A program made the translations under genes and the position numbers. This document shows, piece after piece, positions 48,993 through 59,332 of a DNA stretch of 64,000 nucleotides (position 1 is the first letter of the stretch; the number at the start of each line of letters is the position of its first letter). The DNA comes from an uncultured Kofleriaceae bacterium (GTDB taxonomy: Bacteria > Myxococcota_A > Polyangia > GCA-2747355 > CAZCFB01), in assembly GCA_964497805.1 (NCBI GenBank), contig CAZCFB010000012.1, positions 3,301 through 67,300 on the forward strand. Reading direction: 5' to 3'. The notes under the pieces are model-generated. The model made no database searches. It had not been told where the DNA came from and worked only from the letters and a program-made list of their open reading frames with translations.

Positions 48993-50393
48993 CTACTCCA
49001 GCGACACCGGCTCCATATCGAAGGTCACGGTGAAGGTGGAGCCCTCACCCTCCACGGACGACACTGTGAGGTCCCCGGCGTGGCGCTCTGCGATCTTCTT
49101 GCAGATGGCCAGGCCCATGCCGGTGCCCTCGTACTCTTCGCGGGTGTGCAGGCGCCTGAACACCTCGAAGATGTCCTCCAGATATTGGGCCGGGATGCCG
49201 ATGCCGTTGTCCTGCACCACGATGCTGACCTTGCCTCCGTCCCGCTCTCCAGAAACCCGGATCTTCGGCGGTTGATCTGGCCGGCGATACTTCACCGCGT
49301 TGGAGATCAGGTTCTGCACCAGCTGGAGGAGCTGGGAGCGGTCCCCGGTCACCGTGGGGAGGTCGCCCTCCACCTGGATCTCGGCTCCGCTCTCCTTGAT
49401 GGCCACGGCCAGCCCCTTGAGCACGTCCTCCAACACCTCGCCCAGGTTGACGGCGCGGAAGGTCCGCCCCCGCGTGCCGACCCTGGCGTAGGAGAGCAGG
49501 TCGGCGATGAGCCGGTCCATGCGGGCCGCGCCGTCCAGGGATTTGCCGATGAAGAGGTGCACCTTGTGCATATCCGGGTCGTCTTTGCGGAGCTGACGCT
49601 CGATGAGCCCGAGGAAGCCCGAGATCACCCGCAGGGGCTCGCGCAGATCGTGAGAGACGGTGTTGGCGAACTGGTCCAGTTCCTCGTTGGATGAGCGCAG
49701 CTCCCGGCTCTGGCGCCGGAGCTGGACGGTGGTGCTCTGGTGGTGCGAGACCTCCTCCTCAAGCTCCTCCTTGCGTCGCCCGGCGAGCCACCGCATGGCG
49801 AACTCCCGCCGGGTCATCCCCTCCTGGAACAGCCCCATGGCGACAGTGACCACGCCCGCCACGATCGGATCGATGAAGAGGGCGAACTCCTGGGGGGTGA
49901 GCACCATGTTCACCGCGAAACCCACCAGCATCAGGGTCAGCGGGACTCCTGTGATCAAGATGAGGAAGCGGCGGGCGCCGGCCGCCATGACGAAGACGGC
50001 CAGGATTGAGATGAAGAGGGCGCCGGTGGCGCCGGTCTGCCAGCCCACGGTCTCGGGGCGGGTTATGAAGCTCTGGTAGCAGAGCAGGCACCCCTGGACC
50101 ATGAGGGCGATGAGGGAGAGGCAGTGGAAGGGGACCACCCAACCCGGGCGAGTCGGGAGCACAGAGTAAGACAGGACCAGGGCGATACAGAGGGGGAGGA
50201 GCCCGGTGAGCCTGACCCAGACCATGTCCGTCAGGCCGAGCAGGGGCCTGTCGATGACCATGAACATGGAGAGGACAATGACGCCGATGACGCAGGCCAG
50301 GCGCAGCACCTTCAGGGTCCTCTCGGCGGACTCCTGATAGTACGCCTCGAGCCGCTCCTGGCGCGCCGTGGTGTCCTTATCGGGTGCTGGCAT
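48993..50393 (-). CDS. membrane sensor histidine kinase (polytopic N-terminal sensor, HisKA, HATPase_c)
   Basis: About six N-terminal hydrophobic helices. H-box VSHDLREPLRVI. HATPase boxes NLISNAVKY, DNGIGI and GTGMGLAICKK. Confidence 0.8.
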   Translation of the reverse strand: MPAPDKDTTARQERLEAYYQESAERTLKVLRLACVIGVIVLSMFMVIDRPLLGLTDMVWVRLTGLLPLCIALVLSYSVLPTRPGWVVPFHCLSLIALMVQGCLLCYQSFITRPETVGWQTGATGALFISILAVFVMAAGARRFLILITGVPLTLMLVGFAVNMVLTPQEFALFIDPIVAGVVTVAMGLFQEGMTRREFAMRWLAGRRKEELEEEVSHHQSTTVQLRRQSRELRSSNEELDQFANTVSHDLREPLRVISGFLGLIERQLRKDDPDMHKVHLFIGKSLDGAARMDRLIADLLSYARVGTRGRTFRAVNLGEVLEDVLKGLAVAIKESGAEIQVEGDLPTVTGDRSQLLQLVQNLISNAVKYRRPDQPPKIRVSGERDGGKVSIVVQDNGIGIPAQYLEDIFEVFRRLHTREEYEGTGMGLAICKKIAERHAGDLTVSSVEGEGSTFTVTFDMEPVSLE

Positions 50394-50425
50394 GGCATCA
50401 AGTACCGCGCCGGCGAGGTTTTATG

Positions 50426-51490
50426 TCAAGCGGGCTCCACCCCCAGGCCGGGCAGCCATGGCAGGTGGAGTTCGCCCGCGCCGCTCACCGCCATGCCCCT
50501 GAAGGGGTCCTCTTCGATGAGCAGGTGCCCGTCCAGATCTGCCAGATCGCACAGCGGGGCCAGGTGGGCGGCGGCCGTGACGCCCAGGCTGCTCTCCACC
50601 ATGCAGCCGAGCATCACCTTGAGGCCGGCGTCCCGGGCGGCGTGGATGGCGCTGAGGGCAGGGGCCAGCCCGCCCAGCTTGCTCAGCTTGATGTTCACGC
50701 CGTCGGCCACCTGGGCCAGCCACGCCAGATCCTCCTCGGACTGGAAGGACTCGTCGGCCACCAGGGGCGGGGCGCCATCTCCGAGGAGGGAGCGCAATTC
50801 GCGCCAGCCCTCCAGGCCAGGCTCGGCCGGGATGGGCTGCTCCAGGAAGACCAGGTCCAGGGCGCGCATCTCCGAGACCGCGCGGGCTGCCTGCTCGGCT
50901 GTCCAGGCGCCGTTGGCGTCCACGCACAGGCGGCTGCCGGGGGCCTGCTCATGGGCCATACGCGCCAGCTCCAGGTCGCGCTCCAGGTCGCCGCTGCCCA
51001 GCTTCAACTTGAGCAAGGAGAAGCCGCTGGCCGCGATCACGCGCTCCCGGTAGCGGGCGTCGTCGCTGTCCATGGCGATGGTGAACGAGGTGCGCGGGCA
51101 CCTGTCGGGGTCAAGTCCCCAGAGCTGGTGCAAGGGGAGCCCCCTCCGGCGTGCCCAGATATCGTGCAGGGCCATGTCCAGGCCGGCCATGGCGGCGGGG
51201 GCCAGGGGGCGGCGCAGGCTCTGCAGGGCGCGCTCCGGATCCAGCGCGGCCGCCCCGGAGAGGTGCGAGAGCAGGCCCGGGTGCGCAAGCTCACGCTCGA
51301 GATCCGCGGCCGTGTCTCCCCGGTACGGGACCACCGCCACCTCCCCGTACCCTACAAGCAGCCCCCACTGGATGGTCACCAGGAGGTTGTCCCGCACCAG
51401 GGAGGTGCCGTGCGCGATGGCGAAGGGATCCCGCAGGGAGAGCTGGAGGGGGGTGACGGCGATGCGGGCGGCTGAACGGTCCGTGAGCAT
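50426..51490 (-). CDS. enolase-superfamily dipeptide epimerase (L-Ala-D/L-Glu epimerase-like)
   Basis: LKLKLG, CVDANGAW, LEQP, VADES and NIKLSKLGG catalytic and metal-ligand contexts. Start set at ATG 51490 (MLTDRSA...). The upstream 129 codons of the track ORF look non-coding. Confidence 0.8.
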   Translation of the reverse strand: MLTDRSAARIAVTPLQLSLRDPFAIAHGTSLVRDNLLVTIQWGLLVGYGEVAVVPYRGDTAADLERELAHPGLLSHLSGAAALDPERALQSLRRPLAPAAMAGLDMALHDIWARRRGLPLHQLWGLDPDRCPRTSFTIAMDSDDARYRERVIAASGFSLLKLKLGSGDLERDLELARMAHEQAPGSRLCVDANGAWTAEQAARAVSEMRALDLVFLEQPIPAEPGLEGWRELRSLLGDGAPPLVADESFQSEEDLAWLAQVADGVNIKLSKLGGLAPALSAIHAARDAGLKVMLGCMVESSLGVTAAAHLAPLCDLADLDGHLLIEEDPFRGMAVSGAGELHLPWLPGLGVEPA

Positions 51491-51518
51491 GGTATGGAAC
51501 AGTATAGACTTAACGCCC

Positions 51519-54500
51519 ATGCTCCGAACCCTCCTCGCGTGCACCATCCTCCTGGCCGCCTGCTCTGGCCCAACACGGGAGGTGCCGCCTGCCGGGCCGC
51601 CGGGGCCGCCGCCCTCCATCAGGGTGCTGCTCGTTGCCCAGGAACGGGAGGCCATGTTCCAGCGGGCCCCCGCCATCAACGCCTGGCTGGGGCGAGAGGG
51701 GATCCAGGTGTCGTCACACCGGTCGCTGGAGGACCTGACCCCGGCGCTGTTGCGGCCCTTCCATGTGGTGGTGCTGCACCAACACCGCCTGGCCCCAAGC
51801 CTGACTCCAGCTGTACGCCGCGGCCTGACCCTGCTGCGCGACCACGCGGCTGCAGGCGGTGGGCTGCTCGTGACCAAGGACCTGTACAGCAGGCGGGGCG
51901 CCGCCTTCTACCGGGCGTTGCTTTCACCCCTGGGCGCCGAGGTCCTCCAGGAGCAGCTCGTGGAGCGGGACCCGGGCTACACCTACCGCCTCAAGACCCT
52001 GGGCCCCGCGGCGAACCTGTTCGCCTGGACAGACGCCATGGCGGCCGGACACCCCGTCACCCTGGGCGTGAGAGGCCTCTACTACAGCGTGGGCCGCTGG
52101 GAGCCGGGGGAGCCGGGGAGCCTCCCCCTGAAGGTGAGCCGCGCCTGGACCGTGCTGGTGCGGGGGCGGCCCTCCGTGGTCAGCCTGGCGTCACGGCCCA
52201 CCGGCTTTGACCCCTCGGCAGACAACGCGGGCCCAGGGACCCACCGCGCCTCGCCGCCCCTGCTGGCCGTTCGCTCCCTGAAGCGGGGGCGGGTGGCGGT
52301 GTGGCCCACCCTGGCCAGCTTCACCTTGCTGGATGGCTTCTCCCCGGTGCTGGAGGGGGGGCTGGTCATGCGATCCACCCGGGCGGGGCGCCCCAGCGAC
52401 GGCGGGCGGTTGCTGGCCAACTTGCTCCGGTGGCTGGCGCCGGGGGAGCTCCCCGCCGGGGTGACCACCACAGTGCGCGGGCTCAAGGCCGCCACCACCC
52501 CAACCGCGAAGCCCCTCACCTGGGGGCGCCGGGTGGTCCCTGTTCCTGCCTCGGGGGCCCGGGCCTTCCGCGGGATCATCGGCGCCTTCAGCACCCTGTC
52601 CGGGGGGCGCTCAACCCCCGAGGAGCTCGTGGAAGCGGCGCGAGGGGCGGGCTACGACTTCATCGCCTTCGCAGAGGACCTGAGCGCGCTCAAGCGAGAG
52701 GGGTGGGAGCGGCTGGTTCGTCTCTGCCGCGCCGAATCCGATAGCCAGTTCCGCGCCGTGCCGGGCCTGCTTTACCGGGGCGCCGACAGCGACCCCTTCA
52801 TCGCCCTGGGCGAGATAGGCTTCCCCCCGGCGGCCTGGGCTGACCCGCTCGTCCCGGGCAAGAAGATCGCCAGCAACACCACCCTGCGCATGGCCCTTAA
52901 CCCGGTGCCGGCCATCATCCACCTGCCCCTGCCCGACAACCGGCGGCCGGCCAGGTTGCACGCCGCTTTTTCCGGCCATGCCCTGGAGGTGTGGCGCGGC
53001 GGCCCCCGGCTGGCCTGGGATCTCCAGGGGTACCTGGCCCTGCAACGGGAAGGCCTGGGCCTCTTCCCCACGGCGGTGCGCCTGGTGGACACGGGGGACC
53101 AGGTGACGGCAGCGGCCAGCAGCCCGGGCCTGCAGGCCTGGATCCGCGCCGACGGGCTGGGCACGCTGCTCCAGGGGGTGCAGGGGCTGCGTGGGGCAGG
53201 TGGGAGGTATCAACGCCTGGGCTTCGCCTCTTCCGGGCCCGAGGTGGTGGCCTTCTCCGTGGCCAACTGGGGCACCAGCGATCTGGCCCGGTCCGGGCGT
53301 CACCGCTTCCGGCTCAAGCTGCGGGTGCGCTCCACGGTGGGGCTCAAGGAGGTGCGCGTGCTGGACGGCGGGCGCACATGGAGGCGGTTCCTGCCCCGCG
53401 GCGCCAGGACCTTCTCCGCCACGGTGGACGGCAACCATGACCGGCAGCACTCCTTCGTCTTGCAGGTGACCGACACCCGGGGAGGGCGGGCCGTGTCATG
53501 GGCCCGCAACACGGCGGTTCAGGAGCTGAGCCTGGGCACCAGCACGGATAACCTCAACGACGTGGGGCCCATGGGCAAGGTCGCCCTGGACCGGGGCCAG
53601 ATCCGCCTGCGCGGCACCGAACAAGCCACCCGGGCCATCTCGCCCGGGGTGTTCCGGCGGCTGGCGGGGTTGGTCGCGGCGGAGCCGCTCACGGGCCAAC
53701 GCCTGGCCTCGCCTGGCCGCCACGCCTCCATGCAGCGGTCCCTGTTGGTGGGGCGCTTCGGCGCGGTCACCGAGCACTCCCTTGCTCGCCTCTGGAAGGG
53801 GCCGGGCCTGCCAGGCATCGCCCACGCCACGCCGGTGGTGGACAACCCGGTCTACGGCGGCGTGGTGCGGCGTACGCGCCTTGCCCGCCTGCCCCCCGGC
53901 CCGGAGCTCGAGGTGCGTGAGTTCAAGCTGCGGCTGAAGCGTCCGGTGCGCATGCTGCAAACCCCCGGGGTGGTGTTGGCCGAGAGCGCCAGCTGGGGCC
54001 TGAGGTCGGGGGAGCTGGACCATGTCCTCCTGCCGGGCGGGCAGGGGAGCGTCCGCCGCTGGACGCCGGATGGACCCCGAACCCAGGTTGTGGAGTTGGC
54101 CCCGGGCGCCTTCGTGGCTGCCTACCCCCAGCCCACCGCGGTGTTCGCCCTGGACCGGCCGCTGCAGGCCCTGGTCCGCCGGAAACCCGGGCCCGGGGGC
54201 GCCACCTTGATTCAGGTGGGCCTGGGGCGCAAGGGGGAGACCTTGCCCGCAGGCACGGTGTTGCGCGCCCGCCTGGGGTTGCTGACCCTGCCCAGGGCCA
54301 CTCAGGGAACCTACCCCTGGCTGCCCACGCACCGGAGCCTCTGGACCGGCCCGGGGCTCATGCTCCAGGTGCGCGACGGGCTGGGCCTGGCCGGACCTCC
54401 GGGGTACCTGATCCAGCCCACGGTGGGGCGGGTTGCGGGCTCCGGCATGCTCCTGCGCCTGAGCCCGGACGAGGGCGGCTTCTCGGCCCGCGTGGGCAGG

Positions 54501-54977
54501 AGTGAGCTCCCCCTGCCGGTGCCTGCCCTCCTGTCTGGCCTGAACCCGGGCTGGAGCGCCGTGCTCCTGTACCGGGGGAAAAACCGGATCCTCACCGCGG
54601 AGTGGCCGCCCGGCTGGTTCCGCGGGGCGCCTTCCCACCGCCGGTTTGTGCGCCTGCGCCGTTTCCAGGATCCAATCTACCCGGTGGGCGTTTCGGAGGA
54701 TGGCGTGGCCCTGGCCCAGCTCGACCTGCACGACGAGGATCGCGACCTCTTCCTGGGGCACCCCGTTGTCTGCGATCGGCCCGACATAAAGCTCACCTTT
54801 GTGCATGATCAGGCCCGCGATGAGGCCAGCGTGGAGGTGCACAACCCCACGGATCTCGCCGCCACGGTCCTTGTGCGGCCGGGCAAGGGCTTCCAGCTGT
54901 TCGGGGACTTCACTCGGAAAGTTAAAGTGGATTCTGGGGCTTCTGTTGTCTTTAGATTACGGAAGCCTGTGCGCTAA
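51519..54977 (+). CDS. 1152-aa hypothetical lipoprotein
   Basis: MLRTLLACTILLAAC lipobox at ATG 51519, in frame with track ORF start 51072. No confident domain. The segment GGRSTPEELVEAARGAGYDFIAFAED resembles a degenerate PHP-domain start. Confidence 0.6.
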   Translation: MLRTLLACTILLAACSGPTREVPPAGPPGPPPSIRVLLVAQEREAMFQRAPAINAWLGREGIQVSSHRSLEDLTPALLRPFHVVVLHQHRLAPSLTPAVRRGLTLLRDHAAAGGGLLVTKDLYSRRGAAFYRALLSPLGAEVLQEQLVERDPGYTYRLKTLGPAANLFAWTDAMAAGHPVTLGVRGLYYSVGRWEPGEPGSLPLKVSRAWTVLVRGRPSVVSLASRPTGFDPSADNAGPGTHRASPPLLAVRSLKRGRVAVWPTLASFTLLDGFSPVLEGGLVMRSTRAGRPSDGGRLLANLLRWLAPGELPAGVTTTVRGLKAATTPTAKPLTWGRRVVPVPASGARAFRGIIGAFSTLSGGRSTPEELVEAARGAGYDFIAFAEDLSALKREGWERLVRLCRAESDSQFRAVPGLLYRGADSDPFIALGEIGFPPAAWADPLVPGKKIASNTTLRMALNPVPAIIHLPLPDNRRPARLHAAFSGHALEVWRGGPRLAWDLQGYLALQREGLGLFPTAVRLVDTGDQVTAAASSPGLQAWIRADGLGTLLQGVQGLRGAGGRYQRLGFASSGPEVVAFSVANWGTSDLARSGRHRFRLKLRVRSTVGLKEVRVLDGGRTWRRFLPRGARTFSATVDGNHDRQHSFVLQVTDTRGGRAVSWARNTAVQELSLGTSTDNLNDVGPMGKVALDRGQIRLRGTEQATRAISPGVFRRLAGLVAAEPLTGQRLASPGRHASMQRSLLVGRFGAVTEHSLARLWKGPGLPGIAHATPVVDNPVYGGVVRRTRLARLPPGPELEVREFKLRLKRPVRMLQTPGVVLAESASWGLRSGELDHVLLPGGQGSVRRWTPDGPRTQVVELAPGAFVAAYPQPTAVFALDRPLQALVRRKPGPGGATLIQVGLGRKGETLPAGTVLRARLGLLTLPRATQGTYPWLPTHRSLWTGPGLMLQVRDGLGLAGPPGYLIQPTVGRVAGSGMLLRLSPDEGGFSARVGRSELPLPVPALLSGLNPGWSAVLLYRGKNRILTAEWPPGWFRGAPSHRRFVRLRRFQDPIYPVGVSEDGVALAQLDLHDEDRDLFLGHPVVCDRPDIKLTFVHDQARDEASVEVHNPTDLAATVLVRPGKGFQLFGDFTRKVKVDSGASVVFRLRKPVR

Positions 54978-56401
54978 GCGTTCGCCTGATTTGTGAACAT
55001 CACGTTGAACACCAGAGGCACGGCCCGCAGGTACTTTGTCATGTCGGAGGGGCGCCTGGCATGCTTCAGGTTGCGCCACATGAGCTTGGGGCGCAGGTAG
55101 AAGCGCCGGTAGAAGCGGCGGTGCGCAGCCTGCAACTCCTCGGCGGTGAGGCCCTCCGGGATGAACACCGGCTGGAAGAACGAGTACATCTGATCGTCGT
55201 GAGAAACCAGGGTCCCGTGCTTCTCGCACTCCTCGAACAGGGGCGTGCCGCGCAGGGGCGTGGTGATCTGGATGGTGGCATCGGTGAGGGGCAGGGAGAG
55301 GGCGAAGTCCAGGGTGTCCTGCATGGTCTGCCGGGTCTCGCCGAGGTGGCCGAGCATGAAGAAGGCCTTCACCTGGAAGCCGATCTTGGCGGCCGCGGTG
55401 ACGGTCTTACGGAACTGGGCCTTGGAGATCCCCTTGCGGATGCGCTTGAGGATCTCGTCGTTGCCGCTCTCGATGGCGATGCGGATCTTCCAGCAGCCCA
55501 GCGCCTTCATCCGGCGCAGGCTCTTCTCGTCCAGCAGGTTGGCCCGGCAGGAGCAGGTCCAGGTCACCGGCGGGGGGGAGGCCTCCATGGCGTCCAACAT
55601 GGCCAGCAGGCGCCGCTTGTTGGGGGTGAAGGTGGAGTCCACGATGGCCACATCCTTGATGCCGTAATCACGGGCCAGGATGTGCATCTCCTCCACGACC
55701 TTCTCCGGCGAGCGGGCGCGGTAGCTCTTCCCGAAGGTGGCCTTGTCGCAAAAGATGCAGGAGAAGGGGCAACCGCGGCTGCCGATGAGGCTGGCCTTGG
55801 GCAGCCTGCGCTCGTCGTTGGGCAGGGGGCGGTAGCGCGAAAGGTCCAGCAGGTGCCGGGCCGGAAAGGGCAGGGCGTCCAGGTCCTCCACCGGGGGGCG
55901 GAAGGGCGCGTAGTGGACCTCGCCGTCCGGGGCGGTGACCACGCCGGGGATCTCGGAGACCTCCTCGCCGCGTTCCAGCGCCTGCACCACCTCCAGCAGG
56001 GTGTACTCCCCCTCGCCCCTCACGCCGAAGGCGAAGTCCGGGTAGCGCACGAGGAAGTCGGGGTGGGCGTTGAAGTGGGGGCCGCCCACGCAGATGGGCA
56101 CGCCGGGCAGGGCGGCCTTGATCGCGCTGGCCCCCTGCACGGCCACGTCATGGTACGAGGTGGTGGCGGTGAAGCCCACCAGGTCCGGCTTCAGGTCGGC
56201 GGCCATGGGCCCCAGGTCAACGGCGGTCATGCCGTGCACCGGGCTGTCGGTGACAGTGACCCGGTGCCCTGCCTCCTCGAGCACGGCGGCCAGGGAGAGC
56301 AGGCCCAGGGGCGGCGAGTTGAAGAAGAGGTTCTCGATGATCGCCCCGAGCTTGGTGGGCTCGTCGCGCTTGACCGGTGGATTAATTAGCCAGATATGCA
56401 T
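54974..56401 (-). CDS. B12-binding-domain radical SAM enzyme (class B)
   Basis: N-terminal Rossmann-like PPLGLLSLAAVLEEAGHRVTVTD. Radical SAM cluster motif SRGCPFSCIFC (CxxxCxxC). Confidence 0.85.
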   Translation of the reverse strand: MHIWLINPPVKRDEPTKLGAIIENLFFNSPPLGLLSLAAVLEEAGHRVTVTDSPVHGMTAVDLGPMAADLKPDLVGFTATTSYHDVAVQGASAIKAALPGVPICVGGPHFNAHPDFLVRYPDFAFGVRGEGEYTLLEVVQALERGEEVSEIPGVVTAPDGEVHYAPFRPPVEDLDALPFPARHLLDLSRYRPLPNDERRLPKASLIGSRGCPFSCIFCDKATFGKSYRARSPEKVVEEMHILARDYGIKDVAIVDSTFTPNKRRLLAMLDAMEASPPPVTWTCSCRANLLDEKSLRRMKALGCWKIRIAIESGNDEILKRIRKGISKAQFRKTVTAAAKIGFQVKAFFMLGHLGETRQTMQDTLDFALSLPLTDATIQITTPLRGTPLFEECEKHGTLVSHDDQMYSFFQPVFIPEGLTAEELQAAHRRFYRRFYLRPKLMWRNLKHARRPSDMTKYLRAVPLVFNVMFTNQANA

Positions 56402-56414
56402 TCTGCTTAGTCCT

Positions 56415-57941
56415 TCACTGGATCAGCCGCCTCCGGTAGGAGGCGTACTCCTTGAGCTTGAACCGGGAGAGCTCCCCGCGCAGCAACATCTGGGCGGCGA
56501 CCTGCCCAAGCTTGACGAAGTTGGCCGCCTCAGCGGCCAGGCGCACGGGCGTGGGGTTTTCGCGCAGGGCCTCGACCTTGCTCAGGGCGCGCAGCAGGCC
56601 CCGGGGGACGAACCCCTTGGAGGCCAGGGAGATGAGGCTGGCGTAGAAGGTGTCCTCCGCCGGCCGCGGGTAGTCCAGGGTGAGGCGGAACTGCTCGAAC
56701 GACTTGGTGGCCCGGCCCTCCACATCGTCCTCGGTGACCAGCCCGGCCGCCAGCAACGTGCGCGCGGTCTGGGAGCGGGGGAAGACCACCAGGGAGTAGA
56801 TGAACAGGTTGAATGGGCGCGGCAACTCCAGCAGCAGGTCGAGCATGGCCTGCTTCTCGGCCCGGCTCTCCATGGGGTTATCCAGGATGATGTCGTAGGT
56901 CACGGCCACGCCCAGGTCATGGAGCTGATGGGCCAGATCCAGGGTGCGGGCGTTGGAGCCCTTGCGCGCGTACTGCTTCTCCACCTCCTCCTCGGAGCCG
57001 CCCTGGATGCCCACCTGCACATGGATCAGCCCGGTGTCGCGCAGGAGCTTGAGGGTGCGCGGCTTGGCGGCCAGGGGGTTGAGCAGGATGTCGAAGGGGA
57101 GGCCCACCCGGGCGGGGTACTCCCGGGCGAACTCGTCCAACCAGGCCCGGGGGAAGACGAAGGTGTCGTCGTCGAAGCGCACCTTGCGCAGGCCGGGGCG
57201 GTCGCGCAGGGCCTGCTCCAGCTCGGTCATCACCGAGGCCACGGTGCGGGTGCGGTGGTAGCGCCCCAGGCCCTCGTAGATCTCGCGGTACTGGCTGTTG
57301 TAGCAGAAGGCGCAGCCGTAGGGGCAGCCGCGGGAGGCGAAGATCCGGTAGAGGGTGTTGTCCTCCTGGGGGTCGCCGCGGGTGAGCTTGTCGTCCTCGA
57401 TAAAGGCCGTATCCAGCTGGCCCAGGCGGTCCCAGGGCAGACCGTCCAGGTCCTGAATCAGGGGTCGCGGCGGGTTCTTCTGTACCGCTCCATCCACGTC
57501 GCGGATCCAGAGGTTCGGGATGTCGCGCACCTCATCGCCCTTTCCGATGGCGTCGGCCAGATCGATGATGGGCAGCTCTCCCTCGCCGATGCACACCGAG
57601 TCCGCGTGATCGATGCAGTCGTCGGGCACGATGGTGGGGTGCACCCCGCCGAGCACGATGTGGGCCTGGGGCAGCACCCGGCGGATGCGCGCGCACAGGT
57701 CGCGCACCAGGCCGATGTATGGCGTGCCGAAGCCGATGCCCACCACGGCCGGCTGTCTTTCTGTGAGGTAGGCGTCGAACAGCTCCAATTCGCGGTCGCT
57801 GGGCAGCTGCACGTCGTTGTTGCGCCACCCCTTGAGGTAGAGCACCGGCGCCTCGTGGCCCGCCCGCTCCAGCGCAGCGGCCAGCAGGCGGATCCCCTGG
57901 TTCTGGTAGCCGTAGGGCGTGACGAGCAGGGCGCGGGTCAA
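56415..57941 (-). CDS. B12-binding-domain radical SAM enzyme (class B), divergent
   Basis: GIRLLAAALERAGHEAPVL N-domain. SRGCPYGCAFC motif. 508 aa. Confidence 0.8.
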   Translation of the reverse strand: MTRALLVTPYGYQNQGIRLLAAALERAGHEAPVLYLKGWRNNDVQLPSDRELELFDAYLTERQPAVVGIGFGTPYIGLVRDLCARIRRVLPQAHIVLGGVHPTIVPDDCIDHADSVCIGEGELPIIDLADAIGKGDEVRDIPNLWIRDVDGAVQKNPPRPLIQDLDGLPWDRLGQLDTAFIEDDKLTRGDPQEDNTLYRIFASRGCPYGCAFCYNSQYREIYEGLGRYHRTRTVASVMTELEQALRDRPGLRKVRFDDDTFVFPRAWLDEFAREYPARVGLPFDILLNPLAAKPRTLKLLRDTGLIHVQVGIQGGSEEEVEKQYARKGSNARTLDLAHQLHDLGVAVTYDIILDNPMESRAEKQAMLDLLLELPRPFNLFIYSLVVFPRSQTARTLLAAGLVTEDDVEGRATKSFEQFRLTLDYPRPAEDTFYASLISLASKGFVPRGLLRALSKVEALRENPTPVRLAAEAANFVKLGQVAAQMLLRGELSRFKLKEYASYRRRLIQ

Positions 57942-59332
57942 CGTGGCCCCCCGCTCGTGAGCATGCGCAGGCCGGCGCGGGCCTTGCTCATCAGGCCCCC
58001 GCGGCGCAGCTGGCTCAGCACCACCGAGGGGCGCAGGTAGAAGGACCTGTACGCCCTGTCCAGCAGGTCGAACAGCTGGTCATGGCTCAGGTGCTCGTCC
58101 CAGATGGGCGCCTCGAAGTCGGGGCGCGGGTCCAGGGCGAAGTCGCGCCACAGGCCGGGCGCCACCAGGCCGCGGTTCTCGGCCATGCGCAGCAGGGGGG
58201 TGCCCGGGTAGAGGGTCAGCACGTTGAACAGGGCGTAGTCCGGCTTCAGGTCGCGGGCGAAGTCGATGGTGCGCTGCACGTCCGCCCGGGTGCGCTCGTT
58301 GGGCAGCCCGATCATGAAGTACGCCATGGTGGGCATGCCCACCTTGCGGGCGGCGGCGAAGGAGTCCTGGATCTGCTTGAGGGTGGCCCGCTTGCCCAGC
58401 ACCTTGAGCCCCTCCGGGGTGCAGGTTTCCACCCCGATCTGCATGCGGGTGCAGCCGGCGCGGAGCATCATGGCCAGGTTCTCCTCGCTGAGGCCCAGGG
58501 CGGCGGTGCGGCAGGACCAGGGGGGCAGGTGGGGGCGCGCGGACAGCTCCTCGCACAGGGCGGCCAGGCGGGAGCCGGCGATGGGGAAGGTGTCGTCCAC
58601 GAAGTAGATGTGCTGGGCGCCCAGGGCGGCGCACGCCTCCATCTCCCGCACGATGGCGTCCACATCCCGGTGGCGCCAGCGCCCGCGCGGCGTGGAGCAG
58701 AAGGTGCACTTGTGGGGGCAGCCGCGGCTGCTCATCATGGTGGCGAAGATGACGTCCTCGCCGGCCAGGCCGCGGTAGAGCCGCCACACCAGGCGGTCGC
58801 GCCGGGGCGTGGGGAGCTCGTCGACCGGCGGCAGGAGCACCTCTGGACCGAGGCCCAGGTCTGCCGGGCCGAGCACGCCGGGATCCGGCGCCTGGCCATC
58901 TTGCACCAGGTCGGCCAGGGCGGGCAGGGTGAGCTCGCCCTCGCCGGGCAGCACGTAATCCACGCCCTCCAGGGTGGCGGTCTCCTCGGCGAACAGCTCG
59001 GTGTGGGGGCCGCCGATGACCACCCTGGCCCCGGGGTAGGCTTGCCGGGCCGTGGCCACCGCGGCCATTACGGATGGCAGGTTCGGGGTGAGCGCGGTGA
59101 CGCCCACCAGGCCGGGAGGGGCGTCGTGGCGGTCCTGGGAGATGGTGCGGGCCAGGGCCAGTGGGATATTACCGTCCACCAGGTCCACCCGGTGTCGCCC
59201 GCTCTGTTCGGCGGCTGCCTGGAGGTACATCAGGCCCAGGGGCGGGTACGGCCCGGACTGGTCGGCCGCGTGGTCGCCAGCCTCGGAGCCCAGGGCCTCG
59301 GTCTGGCCCGGCTTGATGAGCAGGATCCTCAT
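57938..59332 (-). CDS. B12-binding-domain radical SAM enzyme (class B)
   Basis: PPLGLMYLQAAAEQSGRHRVDLVD N-domain. SRGCPHKCTFC motif. 4-bp overlaps with both neighbours. Confidence 0.85.
   Translation of the reverse strand: MRILLIKPGQTEALGSEAGDHAADQSGPYPPLGLMYLQAAAEQSGRHRVDLVDGNIPLALARTISQDRHDAPPGLVGVTALTPNLPSVMAAVATARQAYPGARVVIGGPHTELFAEETATLEGVDYVLPGEGELTLPALADLVQDGQAPDPGVLGPADLGLGPEVLLPPVDELPTPRRDRLVWRLYRGLAGEDVIFATMMSSRGCPHKCTFCSTPRGRWRHRDVDAIVREMEACAALGAQHIYFVDDTFPIAGSRLAALCEELSARPHLPPWSCRTAALGLSEENLAMMLRAGCTRMQIGVETCTPEGLKVLGKRATLKQIQDSFAAARKVGMPTMAYFMIGLPNERTRADVQRTIDFARDLKPDYALFNVLTLYPGTPLLRMAENRGLVAPGLWRDFALDPRPDFEAPIWDEHLSHDQLFDLLDRAYRSFYLRPSVVLSQLRRGGLMSKARAGLRMLTSGGPR

Noticed and set aside
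51072-51877. Mutually overlapping N-terminal extensions of the 1301-aa plus ORF and the 483-aa minus ORF
   Set aside because: Each extension lies inside the other gene. The extensions are Arg/Pro/Ser/Ala-rich with no motifs. Internal ATGs at 51519 (lipobox) and 51490 (enolase-family N-terminus) give sensible proteins that do not overlap.
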